DNA of 64,000 bases from a virus: positions 32,001 through 96,000 of the IMG/VR virus record IMGVR_UViG_3300022937_000008; one strand, written 5' to 3'. The notes beneath the pieces were generated by a model that had not been told where the DNA came from, made no database searches, and saw only the letters and a program-made list of their open reading frames with translations. Positions within the stretch are counted from its first letter, which is position 1; each line of letters begins with the position of its first letter. Both the position numbers and the translations under genes were made by a program. Positions 16,038-26,158 of the stretch are shown one piece after another.

Positions 16038-19000
16038 TTAAATTTCTCCTGTGTTCTTGACACGCAATGGAATGTAGATGAATTCAATCGCCTTAACTGG
16101 TTCAATCGCAATATCAACATATAGTTCGTTGCGGTCGATTCTAGCAGGAGTATTATTTGTTTCATCACACACTACCGCGAAATCATACAGAGCTCTCAAA
16201 CCAACCAACTCAAGTAGTAATGATTCTACCGCTTGTTTGATTTCGTCTCTTGTGATTTTATCATTTGGTTCAAAAATGTAAGGACGAGCCAATTTATTAA
16301 GCTGACTACGTAAGTACACTACCAAACGTGCTACGTTAATTCTATCTAGTGCAGAAGCATTTCTACCTCTAGTTTTCTGACCGTAGTTAACTAAACCAAC
16401 ACCATTAAAGAATGTAATTGGATTAATCTTTAGGTCATATAACGTATCTCTTTGTCCTTCATTAAGTGCAACAGTTTGGAATTCGCCAGTTGCAGCATCA
16501 ATGTATCCTACTGCTGTAGCGTTTGAAATTCCACCACGTCTTGTACCTGCTGGTGCAAACCATGGATAAGCAACTTGGTCACTTAGTGCAACTGTTCTCA
16601 TCATCATGTGTGTAGCAGGAACAACTGCGTTTGCTCCACCTAAATCAGTTGTAAATCCGTTTGGATAAAACACTGCCAAGTATTCGTCGAATGTAACAAG
16701 ACCATCGTCACTGTTATCTACAACAAGGTTAGCATTTGAACCGTAGTTGGTCAATGAAGTAGCATTTGCTGGAAGTCTTAAAGGTGTGTCACCTAATACA
16801 AATGCTGTTAAACCTCTGTCAATGTTTAGGTTAACAAGGTTTGACATTACTTCAGTGTATCCTGGAGCAGCAATAATGTTGAAGTTTCTACGTTCTTCAT
16901 CTCTAATCTGCTCACTTGTATCAATTACAGATTTCATAGCCTGTACTACAACCATACGCTGTGCTTTACGTCCGAAGCTACCTGAACCATCTTCTTGGTT
17001 GCCTGACTGTGTTACCCAACGATCAGTTGCATAACCACTCATTGCTTCGTCGCCGTTGCGTGGGTTGTCTGCTGTTACATCAATGTAGTTGTTAGCATAA
17101 CGTTTAACGTTACCGCCACTTCTACGTAAGTTCCATAACAACATTCCTTTCGGATATAGTGCTGGATCTGGAGCATCTGGGTCTAGGTAATTGTTTGTAA
17201 GCAAGTCTTTGATAGTTGCCTCTGTATTACCTGTTGCACCTGATAAACCATAACGTGCATCAGCAAAAAGAACGCCTTCTTCTGTTGTTTGATCAGTTTT
17301 ATCTAACTGTACCCATTCTAGTAATAAACCATTCCAACGATAAATTGTTGGGAAGTTTTCTAGATCAGCTGTTGAAATCCAAAGATCTCCATCAACTAGT
17401 GCAGTACCGTCGCTTTGTCCTGTTGTAGCACTTGGTGCTGTTGCAGAAACAATTGGACCTGCTGGACTTGCACTTGCGTAAACATTATGATATCCAACCC
17501 AATCACTGCCATTATGTACCATAATGTCAACTTCACTAAATTCTGGGTTGTACCATAATTGTCCATCAGCTGGTTCATTTTCTGGATTATTTGAACTTGC
17601 TTTAAAGTCTGCTGCTGCAAGTGGTTGCCAGTTAGAAGCAACATAATCTTCATCTGCACCTGATGGAGCAGTGTAGAAGTTAGATGTTCCAATTAAAGTA
17701 TTAATACTAAATGGTGTAAACACTCCACCGATTGGTGTGTTTGTACCGTCAGTAATTCTAAAGTCGCCGCCTAAGTTGTGTGAAATAACAACTTCGTTGT
17801 CAGCTGTAATAGAAGCTTGAATGTTTGTAAATCCTGCGGAGTTAACAGCATTTGCCATTAATTCAGCATCATCTGCATTACCAGCAGCAGTAAAGGATAC
17901 TTCAACACCTGCGTTTAGTGTTGCTGAAGTTTTTACTGATTCAGCAATTGTAAAAGTGTTTGATCCTACTGTAAATGAGCTACTTGTAATTTCATCTGAA
18001 GTAATTGATGTTGCTTCAGTTGCATTACGTCTCCACACTCTAAACGTTGCTGTTGCAGGAGTTGTATCATTGTTGCTGTTTTCGTTTGCATTTGATTGTA
18101 CAAACAATGTATCAGCTGCAATGTTAACACCGCCACCGCTTCTATCTAATGTGTAAGTTGCTGTGCTACCGTTAGCATAAATCGGAGCATCAACTGCGCC
18201 CCATGATTTAGTAGCACTTGACCACTGATATGCTCTCCATCTTGCACCATTGTTAGGTTCTGTAGTTTTAATCCATACAGAGCCTGTTGGGCGTGGTTCG
18301 CTATCATCTACTTTCCATTCTGGAACAGATGTGTGTGCTGACTGTTGCAATGCTGGACCATAGTATGTTGCTTTTGCAATACCTAGTGCATCAAAGTCCA
18401 TGTTTGGTAAAGTATTACCGTCACCAATAACAATTGCATTAGCAAGTGAACTATCACCTACTGCATCGTCTAATGTGCCATCGCTGTAAAGATAAAGTTT
18501 ACCGCTAACGTTTCTAGCAACAACACCTTGTGTTGCTGTAATAGCACCGTTAATTGCTGTAACTAAGTCATCTAATGTACCTGTTACTTCAAAGTCTGTT
18601 CCGTTAATTGTAAAGTGGCCTGATGTTGCTGTAAATGTTGAGCCTTGTACTGTTGGATTACTAGCAGTCCAATCGTTACTACCTACTAATACCCAACTTC
18701 CTGAAGTTACTGTTGAACCGTTACCAGATGATTTATAGTAAATTCTAGCTGTTTCTTTTGAAGCAGTAAATGATCCACTTCCGTCAACAGTTTCAAAAAC
18801 TACTGCATATTCGCCGATTGCACCAACTGACCCTTTTGGCACTCCGTTGTCAATTTTGGTTGTATCGTCATCTGTTAAAACTATTGGTGTTTTTGCAGCA
18901 AACTTTTGTCCACCGCTTGTTGTTACTGCTGCACCGTTCCATTCTTGAATACCGAATGTAGTGCCTCTAGTATCAATCCACCAAGTTCCATTGTCAGGAT

Positions 19001-19385
19001 CCGCTCCCGGAGCCTCTGATGTACCTGCTAGTTGTGATAAGTCTACATCGGCTCTAGTTACAAACGCTGCGTTAGAAACACCTAGCAAACTATATGCTGC
19101 TAGAAGTCCGTATTCATTTAATTCGCTACCGTGAATCGGTGTATTACTTGCTGTCTTTTCAAAGTTTGGTACTCCAAAAAGATCTACTAATTCTTTCTGT
19201 GAAGTTACTTTAAATGCTGATCCAGCATTTGCTTTAGTTGTTGCCGCTGCTGTGCCTGTGCCTGCGGCGTTTTGTTTATCTTGTGCAGTTGCTACAATAA
19301 TAAGTGGAGTTGTCCCTGGTTCTGCCGGGGTATAAAAACTCTCATCAATTACCGTAACTTCTACTCCTGGTGATTGTAGTGCCAT
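16038..19385 (-). CDS. gp18: Tail sheath protein (1115 aa)
   Basis: SPGVEVTVID N-terminus; WFAPAGTRRG, INPI, RINVARL, FEPND and EFIYIP C-terminal sheath motifs. Confidence 0.96.
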   Translation of the reverse strand: MALQSPGVEVTVIDESFYTPAEPGTTPLIIVATAQDKQNAAGTGTAAATTKANAGSAFKVTSQKELVDLFGVPNFEKTASNTPIHGSELNEYGLLAAYSLLGVSNAAFVTRADVDLSQLAGTSEAPGADPDNGTWWIDTRGTTFGIQEWNGAAVTTSGGQKFAAKTPIVLTDDDTTKIDNGVPKGSVGAIGEYAVVFETVDGSGSFTASKETARIYYKSSGNGSTVTSGSWVLVGSNDWTASNPTVQGSTFTATSGHFTINGTDFEVTGTLDDLVTAINGAITATQGVVARNVSGKLYLYSDGTLDDAVGDSSLANAIVIGDGNTLPNMDFDALGIAKATYYGPALQQSAHTSVPEWKVDDSEPRPTGSVWIKTTEPNNGARWRAYQWSSATKSWGAVDAPIYANGSTATYTLDRSGGGVNIAADTLFVQSNANENSNNDTTPATATFRVWRRNATEATSITSDEITSSSFTVGSNTFTIAESVKTSATLNAGVEVSFTAAGNADDAELMANAVNSAGFTNIQASITADNEVVISHNLGGDFRITDGTNTPIGGVFTPFSINTLIGTSNFYTAPSGADEDYVASNWQPLAAADFKASSNNPENEPADGQLWYNPEFSEVDIMVHNGSDWVGYHNVYASASPAGPIVSATAPSATTGQSDGTALVDGDLWISTADLENFPTIYRWNGLLLEWVQLDKTDQTTEEGVLFADARYGLSGATGNTEATIKDLLTNNYLDPDAPDPALYPKGMLLWNLRRSGGNVKRYANNYIDVTADNPRNGDEAMSGYATDRWVTQSGNQEDGSGSFGRKAQRMVVVQAMKSVIDTSEQIRDEERRNFNIIAAPGYTEVMSNLVNLNIDRGLTAFVLGDTPLRLPANATSLTNYGSNANLVVDNSDDGLVTFDEYLAVFYPNGFTTDLGGANAVVPATHMMMRTVALSDQVAYPWFAPAGTRRGGISNATAVGYIDAATGEFQTVALNEGQRDTLYDLKINPITFFNGVGLVNYGQKTRGRNASALDRINVARLVVYLRSQLNKLARPYIFEPNDKITRDEIKQAVESLLLELVGLRALYDFAVVCDETNNTPARIDRNELYVDIAIEPVKAIEFIYIPLRVKNTGEI

Positions 19386-19510
19386 TCTAATCTCTCCTGG
19401 TAATGTTAAAAGTTCATTACGTAACTTATGCTAATGTATTTAGCGTAATCTTTTAAAAATGGTGCTTTAAGGTGCATATATAAAGGGATTGAAAAGGTGT
19501 AAATAACATT

Positions 19511-19849
19511 ATGAGACCACTATGTAAAGGGTGCAATAAACGCCCACGTGCAGTTAATTATAAGAAAGGTACTAAAACGTACTATCGCAAACTATGCGAA
19601 GGATGTTTAAAGTACGGCACTAACTATGGTATCACTATGTGGGAACAGTCAGGGTACAAGAAGAAGAAATCTTGCGACAAGTGCGGTTTTAAATCAACAC
19701 ACGATGACATATTCAAGGTATTCCATGTAGATGGAAACTTGAACAATTGTAGACCAACTAATTTAAAAACAGTGTGCTCGAACTGTGCTGTAATAATATC
19801 AAAAGAAAATGTTACTTGGAAGCAAGGGGATCTTGTAGCAGATTTTTAA
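19511..19849 (+). CDS. Zinc-finger / HNH-like protein
   Basis: Four CxxC pairs and FHVDGNLNNCRPTNLKTVCSNC. Confidence 0.7.
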   Translation: MRPLCKGCNKRPRAVNYKKGTKTYYRKLCEGCLKYGTNYGITMWEQSGYKKKKSCDKCGFKSTHDDIFKVFHVDGNLNNCRPTNLKTVCSNCAVIISKENVTWKQGDLVADF

Positions 19850-20444
19850 CCTTATCGTACATCTCTTGAATAGTTCCGTCATTGTCTATTTCATGATCAA
19901 ACTCAGTACCTACCCAAGCCCATTCTGAAGCATGGATTCCGAGTTGCTTCATAGCATTCATTGAAACATTAATACCAGCATTCGCTCTTTTAGCATCTTC
20001 GTACCAAGGAGGAAGATCACCTCTTTTAACCCAAATTATAGTGCCGCCGGCTTGTTTAATACTCTTAATTTCGTTAGGAAATCTACAGTCGGAGATTACA
20101 ATGTTATCTTCGCTTTTTCGTAATTTGTTTTCTAAACTAGCAATCCAAATATCATCATGAAAGTTTTTACGTGCTACTTCTGTACCCCAATACTGCAATA
20201 CCCATCTCGGTGTAAGTGTAGGCATATGTAATCTATCTGCCCACCATTTGTCTACCTTTTCACGCCAAGCTCTTGCTTCTTTTGAACGTCCTTCTAATAG
20301 ATCTCTATCCCAACCAAATACAGCCGCCACTGCATCTTTAAGAGTATTGGCATAGCTCTCTCGTCTAAACTCGTGGAAATTAACAAGATAGTCCGCAACT
20401 GTATCTTTGCCAGAACCGATAAATCCACAAACACCGATAATCAT
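19812..20444 (-). CDS. gp1: Deoxynucleoside monophosphate kinase
   Basis: GFIGSGKDT, TPRWVLQYWGTE, SDCRFPNE and HASE. Confidence 0.92.
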   Translation of the reverse strand: MIIGVCGFIGSGKDTVADYLVNFHEFRRESYANTLKDAVAAVFGWDRDLLEGRSKEARAWREKVDKWWADRLHMPTLTPRWVLQYWGTEVARKNFHDDIWIASLENKLRKSEDNIVISDCRFPNEIKSIKQAGGTIIWVKRGDLPPWYEDAKRANAGINVSMNAMKQLGIHASEWAWVGTEFDHEIDNDGTIQEMYDKVKNLLQDPLASK

Positions 20445-20471
20445 AATAAAACTCTCCTTAGTATGAGTATT

Positions 20472-20500
20472 ATTATAACTGCTTATTTGCTAAATGTCAA
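20472..20500 (-). promoter_or_regulatory. Consensus sigma70 promoter for the dNMP kinase gene
   Basis: TTGACA-17 nt-TATAAT on the minus strand. Confidence 0.85.
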
Positions 20501-20503
20501 GTG

Positions 20504-20842
20504 TTAATAATAAGGTTTTGGCTGACCAGCTTTGCCCGTATTGAGTTTACGAGCCAATACACTTGCTGTATTGATTGCTTTTGTACGCTGTTGACGTCTT
20601 GCTTGTGTAGGTGCTGTTCTAGCACGAGTACGCTTCATACGTTGTGCTTTAGCAACATCGTATTGCTGTACACATTTGGAAGGATGACTTACTTGTCTAC
20701 CTGCTCTTGGTCCTGTTGAACAACGAAAACGCAGTTTGGTTTGTCCGCCACGCTGATTGTGTTTACCAACACCCCAAACCATTTTAGCGACTTCGGTGTA
20801 CATTTGTTCATGTTCTTCTGTGATGAAATCTGATGCTTTCAT
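20504..20842 (-). CDS. Basic hypothetical protein (possible internal head protein)
   Basis: Start MKASDFITE coupled to the gp13 stop; Arg/Lys-rich. Confidence 0.6.
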   Translation of the reverse strand: MKASDFITEEHEQMYTEVAKMVWGVGKHNQRGGQTKLRFRCSTGPRAGRQVSHPSKCVQQYDVAKAQRMKRTRARTAPTQARRQQRTKAINTASVLARKLNTGKAGQPKPYY

Positions 20843-21600
20843 TATCCAATAATCCAACTGTATCCTTGGCCGCCTGGAACTTGTGTTACCAATTCGGCTG
20901 TTAATCTATCAATATCTGCAAATCCTTCTTGTTTCATAGAAGCACCATTAAGAGCTGTGCCTCCTTGTGGACCTGCAATACTTGCAAACTTTTCTCTTGC
21001 TTGTCCTAACATAACTTTACAGTTTGCAAGAGTATAATCTCTAACCCACTGACTTGCATATACATCTTGTAAAATAACAAAGTCGGGTTTATTGTTGTAG
21101 CACCAAAGCAATACATTTTCATCTGCTCTCGGTCTCTGCATAATTGTTAATTTTTTGCTTTGCGGATGCCATGTAAAGTTGATAAATGAACCAAACATCT
21201 TTCCAACAAGTTCTTGATATTGTGCAAACAATTCATATGTTGCTAGTCCGCCCATATTAGTGGAACTTAACAAATAGGTATTTGTGTAAGCGAGGTTAAA
21301 TGGTTCAAACACTGTACCACCGGTTCCGCCGCCTGTGCGTGACCCTACAGATCTTCTATAAATCTGTCTAACTTGCTGTATTTCGTCTGGTAAGATATAT
21401 TCGTTTTTGTCTACTTCTAATGCAAGAGTAATATAACTTTCTTCGACAGCATTGTCGGATCTTTGCTTAAAAACTCCAAGTGCTTTAGATAATGCAGTTT
21501 CGTAGTGTATAGGATCGAGCTCAACGTCGATCATGCCATCGCCGAGAAACGCTTTACAATAATCAAAAACTTTCTGTTTTTCTTGTTCAATTTGGCTCAT
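20842..21600 (-). CDS. gp13: Neck protein
   Basis: LGDGMIDVEL...KVMLGQAREKF...GPQGGTALNG pattern typical of gp13. Confidence 0.88.
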   Translation of the reverse strand: MSQIEQEKQKVFDYCKAFLGDGMIDVELDPIHYETALSKALGVFKQRSDNAVEESYITLALEVDKNEYILPDEIQQVRQIYRRSVGSRTGGGTGGTVFEPFNLAYTNTYLLSSTNMGGLATYELFAQYQELVGKMFGSFINFTWHPQSKKLTIMQRPRADENVLLWCYNNKPDFVILQDVYASQWVRDYTLANCKVMLGQAREKFASIAGPQGGTALNGASMKQEGFADIDRLTAELVTQVPGGQGYSWIIG

Positions 21601-21644
21601 ATAACTATTTATGCCTTAAGCTAGAAACGGTAAATAAGTATACT

Positions 21645-22964
21645 ATGCCAAGATTAAGTTTATATCGTCCAGAAAAGGGCAAAGATTACAGTTTCATTGA
21701 CAAAACTATTTGGGAAATGTTCCAGGTGGGTGGTACTGATATCTACCTACACAAATACCTAGGGTCAGGTGCTGCAATACAGGGTGATACACCTAGTACA
21801 CCTGCATATTCTACTTTAGATCCTACGAATATACAAGATATGCTATTTCTGGAAAACAGAGACAGAAAATATGACTCTGATGTCCATGTTATGCGTGGTG
21901 TTTACAATGTTCAAGATATAGATTTCAATCTTAGTCAATTTGGTTTATTTCTACAAAACGATGTATTGTTTATTACCTTTCATATTAACGATACTATTGA
22001 GCGTTTAGGAAGAAGAATTATATCAGGCGATGTTATAGAATTGCCTCACTTAAAAGATTACAATGCAACAAACAATTTACAATTTGCTTTAAAAAGATTT
22101 TATGTTGTAGAAGATGTTAACAGAGCAGCAGAAGGTTTTTCAGTAACTTGGTATCCTCATTTATATCGTGCAAAATGTAAACCACTAGTTGATTCACAAG
22201 AATTCAAAGATATACTTGATCAAATTGCTAATCAAGAAGGTTTCAAAGGCGAGTTCAATCAAGGCAACACATACTATCCGGGAGATGTTGTTTCATATAA
22301 CAATGAGAAGTACGAAGCAACTTGCGAGACAACAGATGCTCCTCCAGGAGAATGTTGGAAACTTGCTGACACACTTAAAGACATCATGTCTACATACGAA
22401 AAAGAAATGCAAATTACACAGGCAGTTCTTGATCAAGCAGAAGCCGATACACCTCAAAGTGGATATGATACAACTAAACTGTTTACGCTACAAAGAACAG
22501 AAGATGGCAAACCTGAATTAGTATCAGCAGATGATACTATTAATGATGCAGATATTGATACAATCACTGCTGATACGGTATATGCTAATGCTGAAGCTAA
22601 TGGATATGCAGGTTACATACTAGGCGACGGACTTCCACCTAATGGTGCTCCGTTTACACAAGGCATAGCGTTCCCATTGGGAGCATCAGAAGGGCAGTAT
22701 CATCTTAGAACTGATTATAAACCAACAAGATTGTTTATCTATAGAAAAAATAGATGGGCTAAAGTAGAGGATGATGTGAGAACAAATATTACAAATCTAA
22801 GTGACAACGATGTTGCAGTAGGTGCTGACTTCGCAGGAAAAGTTACTAGAGAAACACAAAAAACTTCGTTTATTAATAACAACAACGAACAGGTCATCGA
22901 CGGACAAACTGTTAAAGAAAAACAAAGTCTATCTAAAGCACTTAGACCGGAGGCAGATAATTAA
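21645..22964 (+). CDS. gp14: Neck protein with inserted carbohydrate-binding-like repeat
   Basis: GTDIYLH, LFLENRDRKY, LSQFGL and GDVIELP; lies between gp13 and gp15. Confidence 0.75.
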   Translation: MPRLSLYRPEKGKDYSFIDKTIWEMFQVGGTDIYLHKYLGSGAAIQGDTPSTPAYSTLDPTNIQDMLFLENRDRKYDSDVHVMRGVYNVQDIDFNLSQFGLFLQNDVLFITFHINDTIERLGRRIISGDVIELPHLKDYNATNNLQFALKRFYVVEDVNRAAEGFSVTWYPHLYRAKCKPLVDSQEFKDILDQIANQEGFKGEFNQGNTYYPGDVVSYNNEKYEATCETTDAPPGECWKLADTLKDIMSTYEKEMQITQAVLDQAEADTPQSGYDTTKLFTLQRTEDGKPELVSADDTINDADIDTITADTVYANAEANGYAGYILGDGLPPNGAPFTQGIAFPLGASEGQYHLRTDYKPTRLFIYRKNRWAKVEDDVRTNITNLSDNDVAVGADFAGKVTRETQKTSFINNNNEQVIDGQTVKEKQSLSKALRPEADN

Positions 22965-23143
22965 TGCGTATTGAAGAAATATTTGGTTTTACAACTAGTC
23001 GTCCAAAAAAAGTTTCGATAAAAAGACGTCCACAAAAAGACGATGACGAACCTCTTGCAATTAAATTACAGCAAAGAAGAGCCGCTGCGGCAAAAGGTGA
23101 TAAAACAGCGTTTACACACGATTTCAAAAAGGCAAGTAAGTAA
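22964..23143 (+). CDS. Small basic protein (59 aa)
   Basis: Hand translation MRIEEIFGFTTSRPKK...DFKKASK; TAATG overlaps at both ends. Confidence 0.7.
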   Translation: MRIEEIFGFTTSRPKKVSIKRRPQKDDDEPLAIKLQQRRAAAAKGDKTAFTHDFKKASK

Positions 23144-24606
23144 TGGATTTTTTCTACGACGGACAGCTTAGAAGATACGTAACACAGTTTATGAGAATAT
23201 TCATAGGCTTTAAGTATCAAGCCGGTAATGGTGATCAACAGACTATTCCTGTTATGTATGGTGATCTAACAAGACAGGTAGCAAATATTATCCGTGAAAA
23301 TTCAGAAAACAAAATGCCTACAGTTCCAAGAATGGCTTGTTATATTACAGGCCTAACTATGGACACAACAAGATTAACTGATCCCACTTTTGTTAGTAAG
23401 GTAAACATACGTGAAAGAAAATATACAGTAGACGAAAGTGGAAATAGAACTTATACAGGTGCACCAGGTAAAAACGTAACAGTTGAAAGATTGATGCCAA
23501 CACCATATAAGCTCACAGTAAGAGCTGATTTATGGACATCTAATACAGATCAAAAATTACAAATACTAGAACAAATTATGGTGTTGTTTAATCCTGCCTT
23601 TGAAATACAAACAAATGACAACTATATAGACTGGACTAGTTTGAGTGTTGTTTACCTAACAGGAACAAACTTTACATCTAGATCTATTCCAGCAGGAGCA
23701 GATTCAGATATTGATATTTGTAGTTTAGACTTTGAAATACCAGTATGGATTTCGCCTCCAGCTAAAGTTAAAAAATTAGGAATTGTAAGAAGTATTATTG
23801 CTAATATCTTTACTGAAGAAGGCAATGTAAAAGATCTTTCGCAATTAGTATTCAACAGTTCAAATCCAAATGCTGTTGCATACGTAAATGCAAGATATCC
23901 TGTGTTATTGTTCAAAGCAAATAATGGTCAAGATTATGATTATGAATTAACAATATTAGATCAAACTGCTGCTATACAATCATTAGGATTAGATGTTAAA
24001 GAATTTTCAGACGGTAAAAAACTTGACTGGAACGGTGTAACAGCTATGCTTGGCGGATTTACAACAGGCACAAGTATGGTACATTTCAGACAACCTAACG
24101 GAAATGAAATTTCAGGAACGTGTGCAATACACCCAACAGATCCTTTCATAATGTTAGTAAGTATGGACCAAGATTCATTACCTGCAAACACAGCAATAGC
24201 TTCATCGAATAGATCAGCAAGTAGTCTAACTACAATAGATGCTGTTATTGATCCTACTACATTTAATCCTATCGAAGCATGGGGAGGTTTAAGTAGTATT
24301 CCATTAGGAACTCGTTATCTATTACTAGAAGAAATTGGATACGAAGGAAATGTTGACGGAGCGGAAGCATGGAAGGGCAGTGATGGTTCTAGTCAAACAT
24401 CTTATAAATTAAAACAAAACAGCATTGTTGAATGGGACGGATCTTCGTGGGAAACTGTAATGGATCCTGATACTTCTGTTTCGATCATCTACATAACCAA
24501 TCTTAAAACTGGCATCCAATATAAATGGGATGGCATCCAATGGCTCAAATCATTCGAAGGAGAGTATGCCCCAGGTTTTTGGAGATTTGATCCAGAAGGC
24601 GCATAA
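23143..24606 (+). CDS. gp15: Tail sheath stabiliser / tail terminator with C-terminal extension
   Basis: FFYDGQLRRYVTQF, IPVMYG, PRMA, PTPY and QILEQIMVLFNP. Confidence 0.88.
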   Translation: MDFFYDGQLRRYVTQFMRIFIGFKYQAGNGDQQTIPVMYGDLTRQVANIIRENSENKMPTVPRMACYITGLTMDTTRLTDPTFVSKVNIRERKYTVDESGNRTYTGAPGKNVTVERLMPTPYKLTVRADLWTSNTDQKLQILEQIMVLFNPAFEIQTNDNYIDWTSLSVVYLTGTNFTSRSIPAGADSDIDICSLDFEIPVWISPPAKVKKLGIVRSIIANIFTEEGNVKDLSQLVFNSSNPNAVAYVNARYPVLLFKANNGQDYDYELTILDQTAAIQSLGLDVKEFSDGKKLDWNGVTAMLGGFTTGTSMVHFRQPNGNEISGTCAIHPTDPFIMLVSMDQDSLPANTAIASSNRSASSLTTIDAVIDPTTFNPIEAWGGLSSIPLGTRYLLLEEIGYEGNVDGAEAWKGSDGSSQTSYKLKQNSIVEWDGSSWETVMDPDTSVSIIYITNLKTGIQYKWDGIQWLKSFEGEYAPGFWRFDPEGA

Positions 24607-24614
24607 GTAGTTTT

Positions 24615-25001
24615 ATGCAAAAACGTGCAGGTTTGTTATATCTATCAGCTGATACTCGACGAGTCCTTCTTATTTTAGAAAATGAGAAATGGACTGTTCC
24701 TACATTTGTCAGATCAGAAAATGTATTAGAAGATTCAAAAAATTTACAAGAATCTTTTGCAAAAGGTAAAATTCTTCCTATTGAATTATATCTATCCAAA
24801 GATCAAGGATTTGAATATAGCACCTATATTTGCTTAGTACACGAAGAATTTCTACCTACAGATGTTTATACATTTTGTTGGGCTACATTAGAATATCTAC
24901 CCAAGAATATTCATGTAGGTTTAAAGAACACATTAAATAATAATCTAATAAGAACAAAGATAGAAACAGTTTTGGAGTTAGAAAATGCATCGTTTACTTG
25001 A
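24615..25001 (+). CDS. Possible degenerate NUDIX-fold protein
   Basis: AGLLYLS..TRRVLLI..W N-terminus and W...LP...H tail, but no Nudix box. Confidence 0.4.
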   Translation: MQKRAGLLYLSADTRRVLLILENEKWTVPTFVRSENVLEDSKNLQESFAKGKILPIELYLSKDQGFEYSTYICLVHEEFLPTDVYTFCWATLEYLPKNIHVGLKNTLNNNLIRTKIETVLELENASFT

Positions 25002-25263
25002 TCAACCAAGAGTTAAAGAAGAACTTGCTAGTTTTAGAGAAAGAATCGAAAACGTTAAGAGCGAGTCGTTAAAACAAGAATGTGGATCTTTATTAACACA
25101 ATTAGTCGGCGAGATTAAAAACCTCGATATGTATCATGATCAACTATTTGTAAATCCACAAAAAAAATTATCAGGAATGTCTAACGACAGTAGAGAAAAC
25201 GTTTCTATTTTACGTAGAAAATTAGAAAGTAAACTTAAAGATATTAAAAGAGCTAAACTATAA
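24985..25263 (+). CDS. Hypothetical coiled-coil protein
   Basis: ORF overlapping the upstream gene. Confidence 0.6.
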   Translation: MHRLLDQPRVKEELASFRERIENVKSESLKQECGSLLTQLVGEIKNLDMYHDQLFVNPQKKLSGMSNDSRENVSILRRKLESKLKDIKRAKL

Positions 25264-26139
25264 AGTTTGGAAACTTTTTACAGTTATACTGCCAACCATT
25301 GCGGCATGACTTGAACATTGATATCTGTAACCGCCTGATATAGACTCAGGAACCTTCCAGTATAAAACACCACCATAAGCAGCATTAGCAGAAGCACCTG
25401 TTGTTACAGTACCATTATCTAATACATGATACAAACCTTCATCATAGTTCGAACCTGCTGCTGTTTGTATCTGGAAAGGATGCGAAGCACTGACTCCAGA
25501 TAAATCAAAGGCTATAGTTGTTCCTGAAATACAGTAAACTGTAGGATTGTCATTTGCTGCACCATATTGATCGAATCTATATGCTACTGTTCCATTTACA
25601 CTAACGCTTAACATTGTAATTGCAGGTAGATAAACTTTGTCAATGGTTAAAGATGCATTGCCAGCATCTTGTAGTGTAGAAAAGTTTGCTGCGCCGCCGC
25701 TTTGTGTATTAGTGATTGTAACGGTATCAGTTCCAGGAGTAGTTGTAATTTGTATTCCTGTTCCTGCTGCAAGAGTTAAAGTATCAGTTGCAGAATCAGC
25801 AGTAACATCAGTTTGTCCGCTTACCGCTATAGTAGAAAAAGCATTCTGATTTGCTTCGCCACCACCTGCACCTACAGAGCTAATTGTAACTGTATCTGTT
25901 GTTGCATCTGTAGTGAGTGTTACATTAGAACCAGCAACTAATGTTAATGTGCCAGTTGGACTATCTGCAACTACATTGTCTTGTGTTGCTACAGCAATTA
26001 CTCCAAAACTACTAGCTTGTCCAGCACCTCCGCTGGTAAGAACGTTCCACACTCCGGCAGTGGCATCATATTGCCATGTGGTTCCGCTCTGTGAAAACTG
26101 TTGTCCGTTTGTTGGACTGTCTGGATAATTAATTGCCAT
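25258..26139 (-). CDS. Fibre-like virion protein with C-terminal cupredoxin (blue copper) domain
   Basis: Two F..IAV..Q..V.ADS.T.TLTL.AG repeats; C-terminal HPF...YQCSSHAAM. Confidence 0.7.
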   Translation of the reverse strand: MAINYPDSPTNGQQFSQSGTTWQYDATAGVWNVLTSGGAGQASSFGVIAVATQDNVVADSPTGTLTLVAGSNVTLTTDATTDTVTISSVGAGGGEANQNAFSTIAVSGQTDVTADSATDTLTLAAGTGIQITTTPGTDTVTITNTQSGGAANFSTLQDAGNASLTIDKVYLPAITMLSVSVNGTVAYRFDQYGAANDNPTVYCISGTTIAFDLSGVSASHPFQIQTAAGSNYDEGLYHVLDNGTVTTGASANAAYGGVLYWKVPESISGGYRYQCSSHAAMVGSITVKSFQTL

Positions 26140-26158
26140 TTATGTACCTCAGTAGTAT

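Noticed and set aside
16078-18961. Antisense and alternate-frame ORFs inside the sheath gene (similarly inside the giant fibre genes)
   Set aside because: Shadow frames produced by codon bias of long genes; no RBS or motifs.
19511-19849. HNH protein as an intron-encoded or mobile homing endonuclease
   Set aside because: It is short and free-standing with its own late motif, and it does not interrupt any gene.
22942-23238. 98-aa minus-strand track ORF
   Set aside because: The + strand 59-aa ORF (22964-23143) fits exactly by TAATG coupling on both sides.
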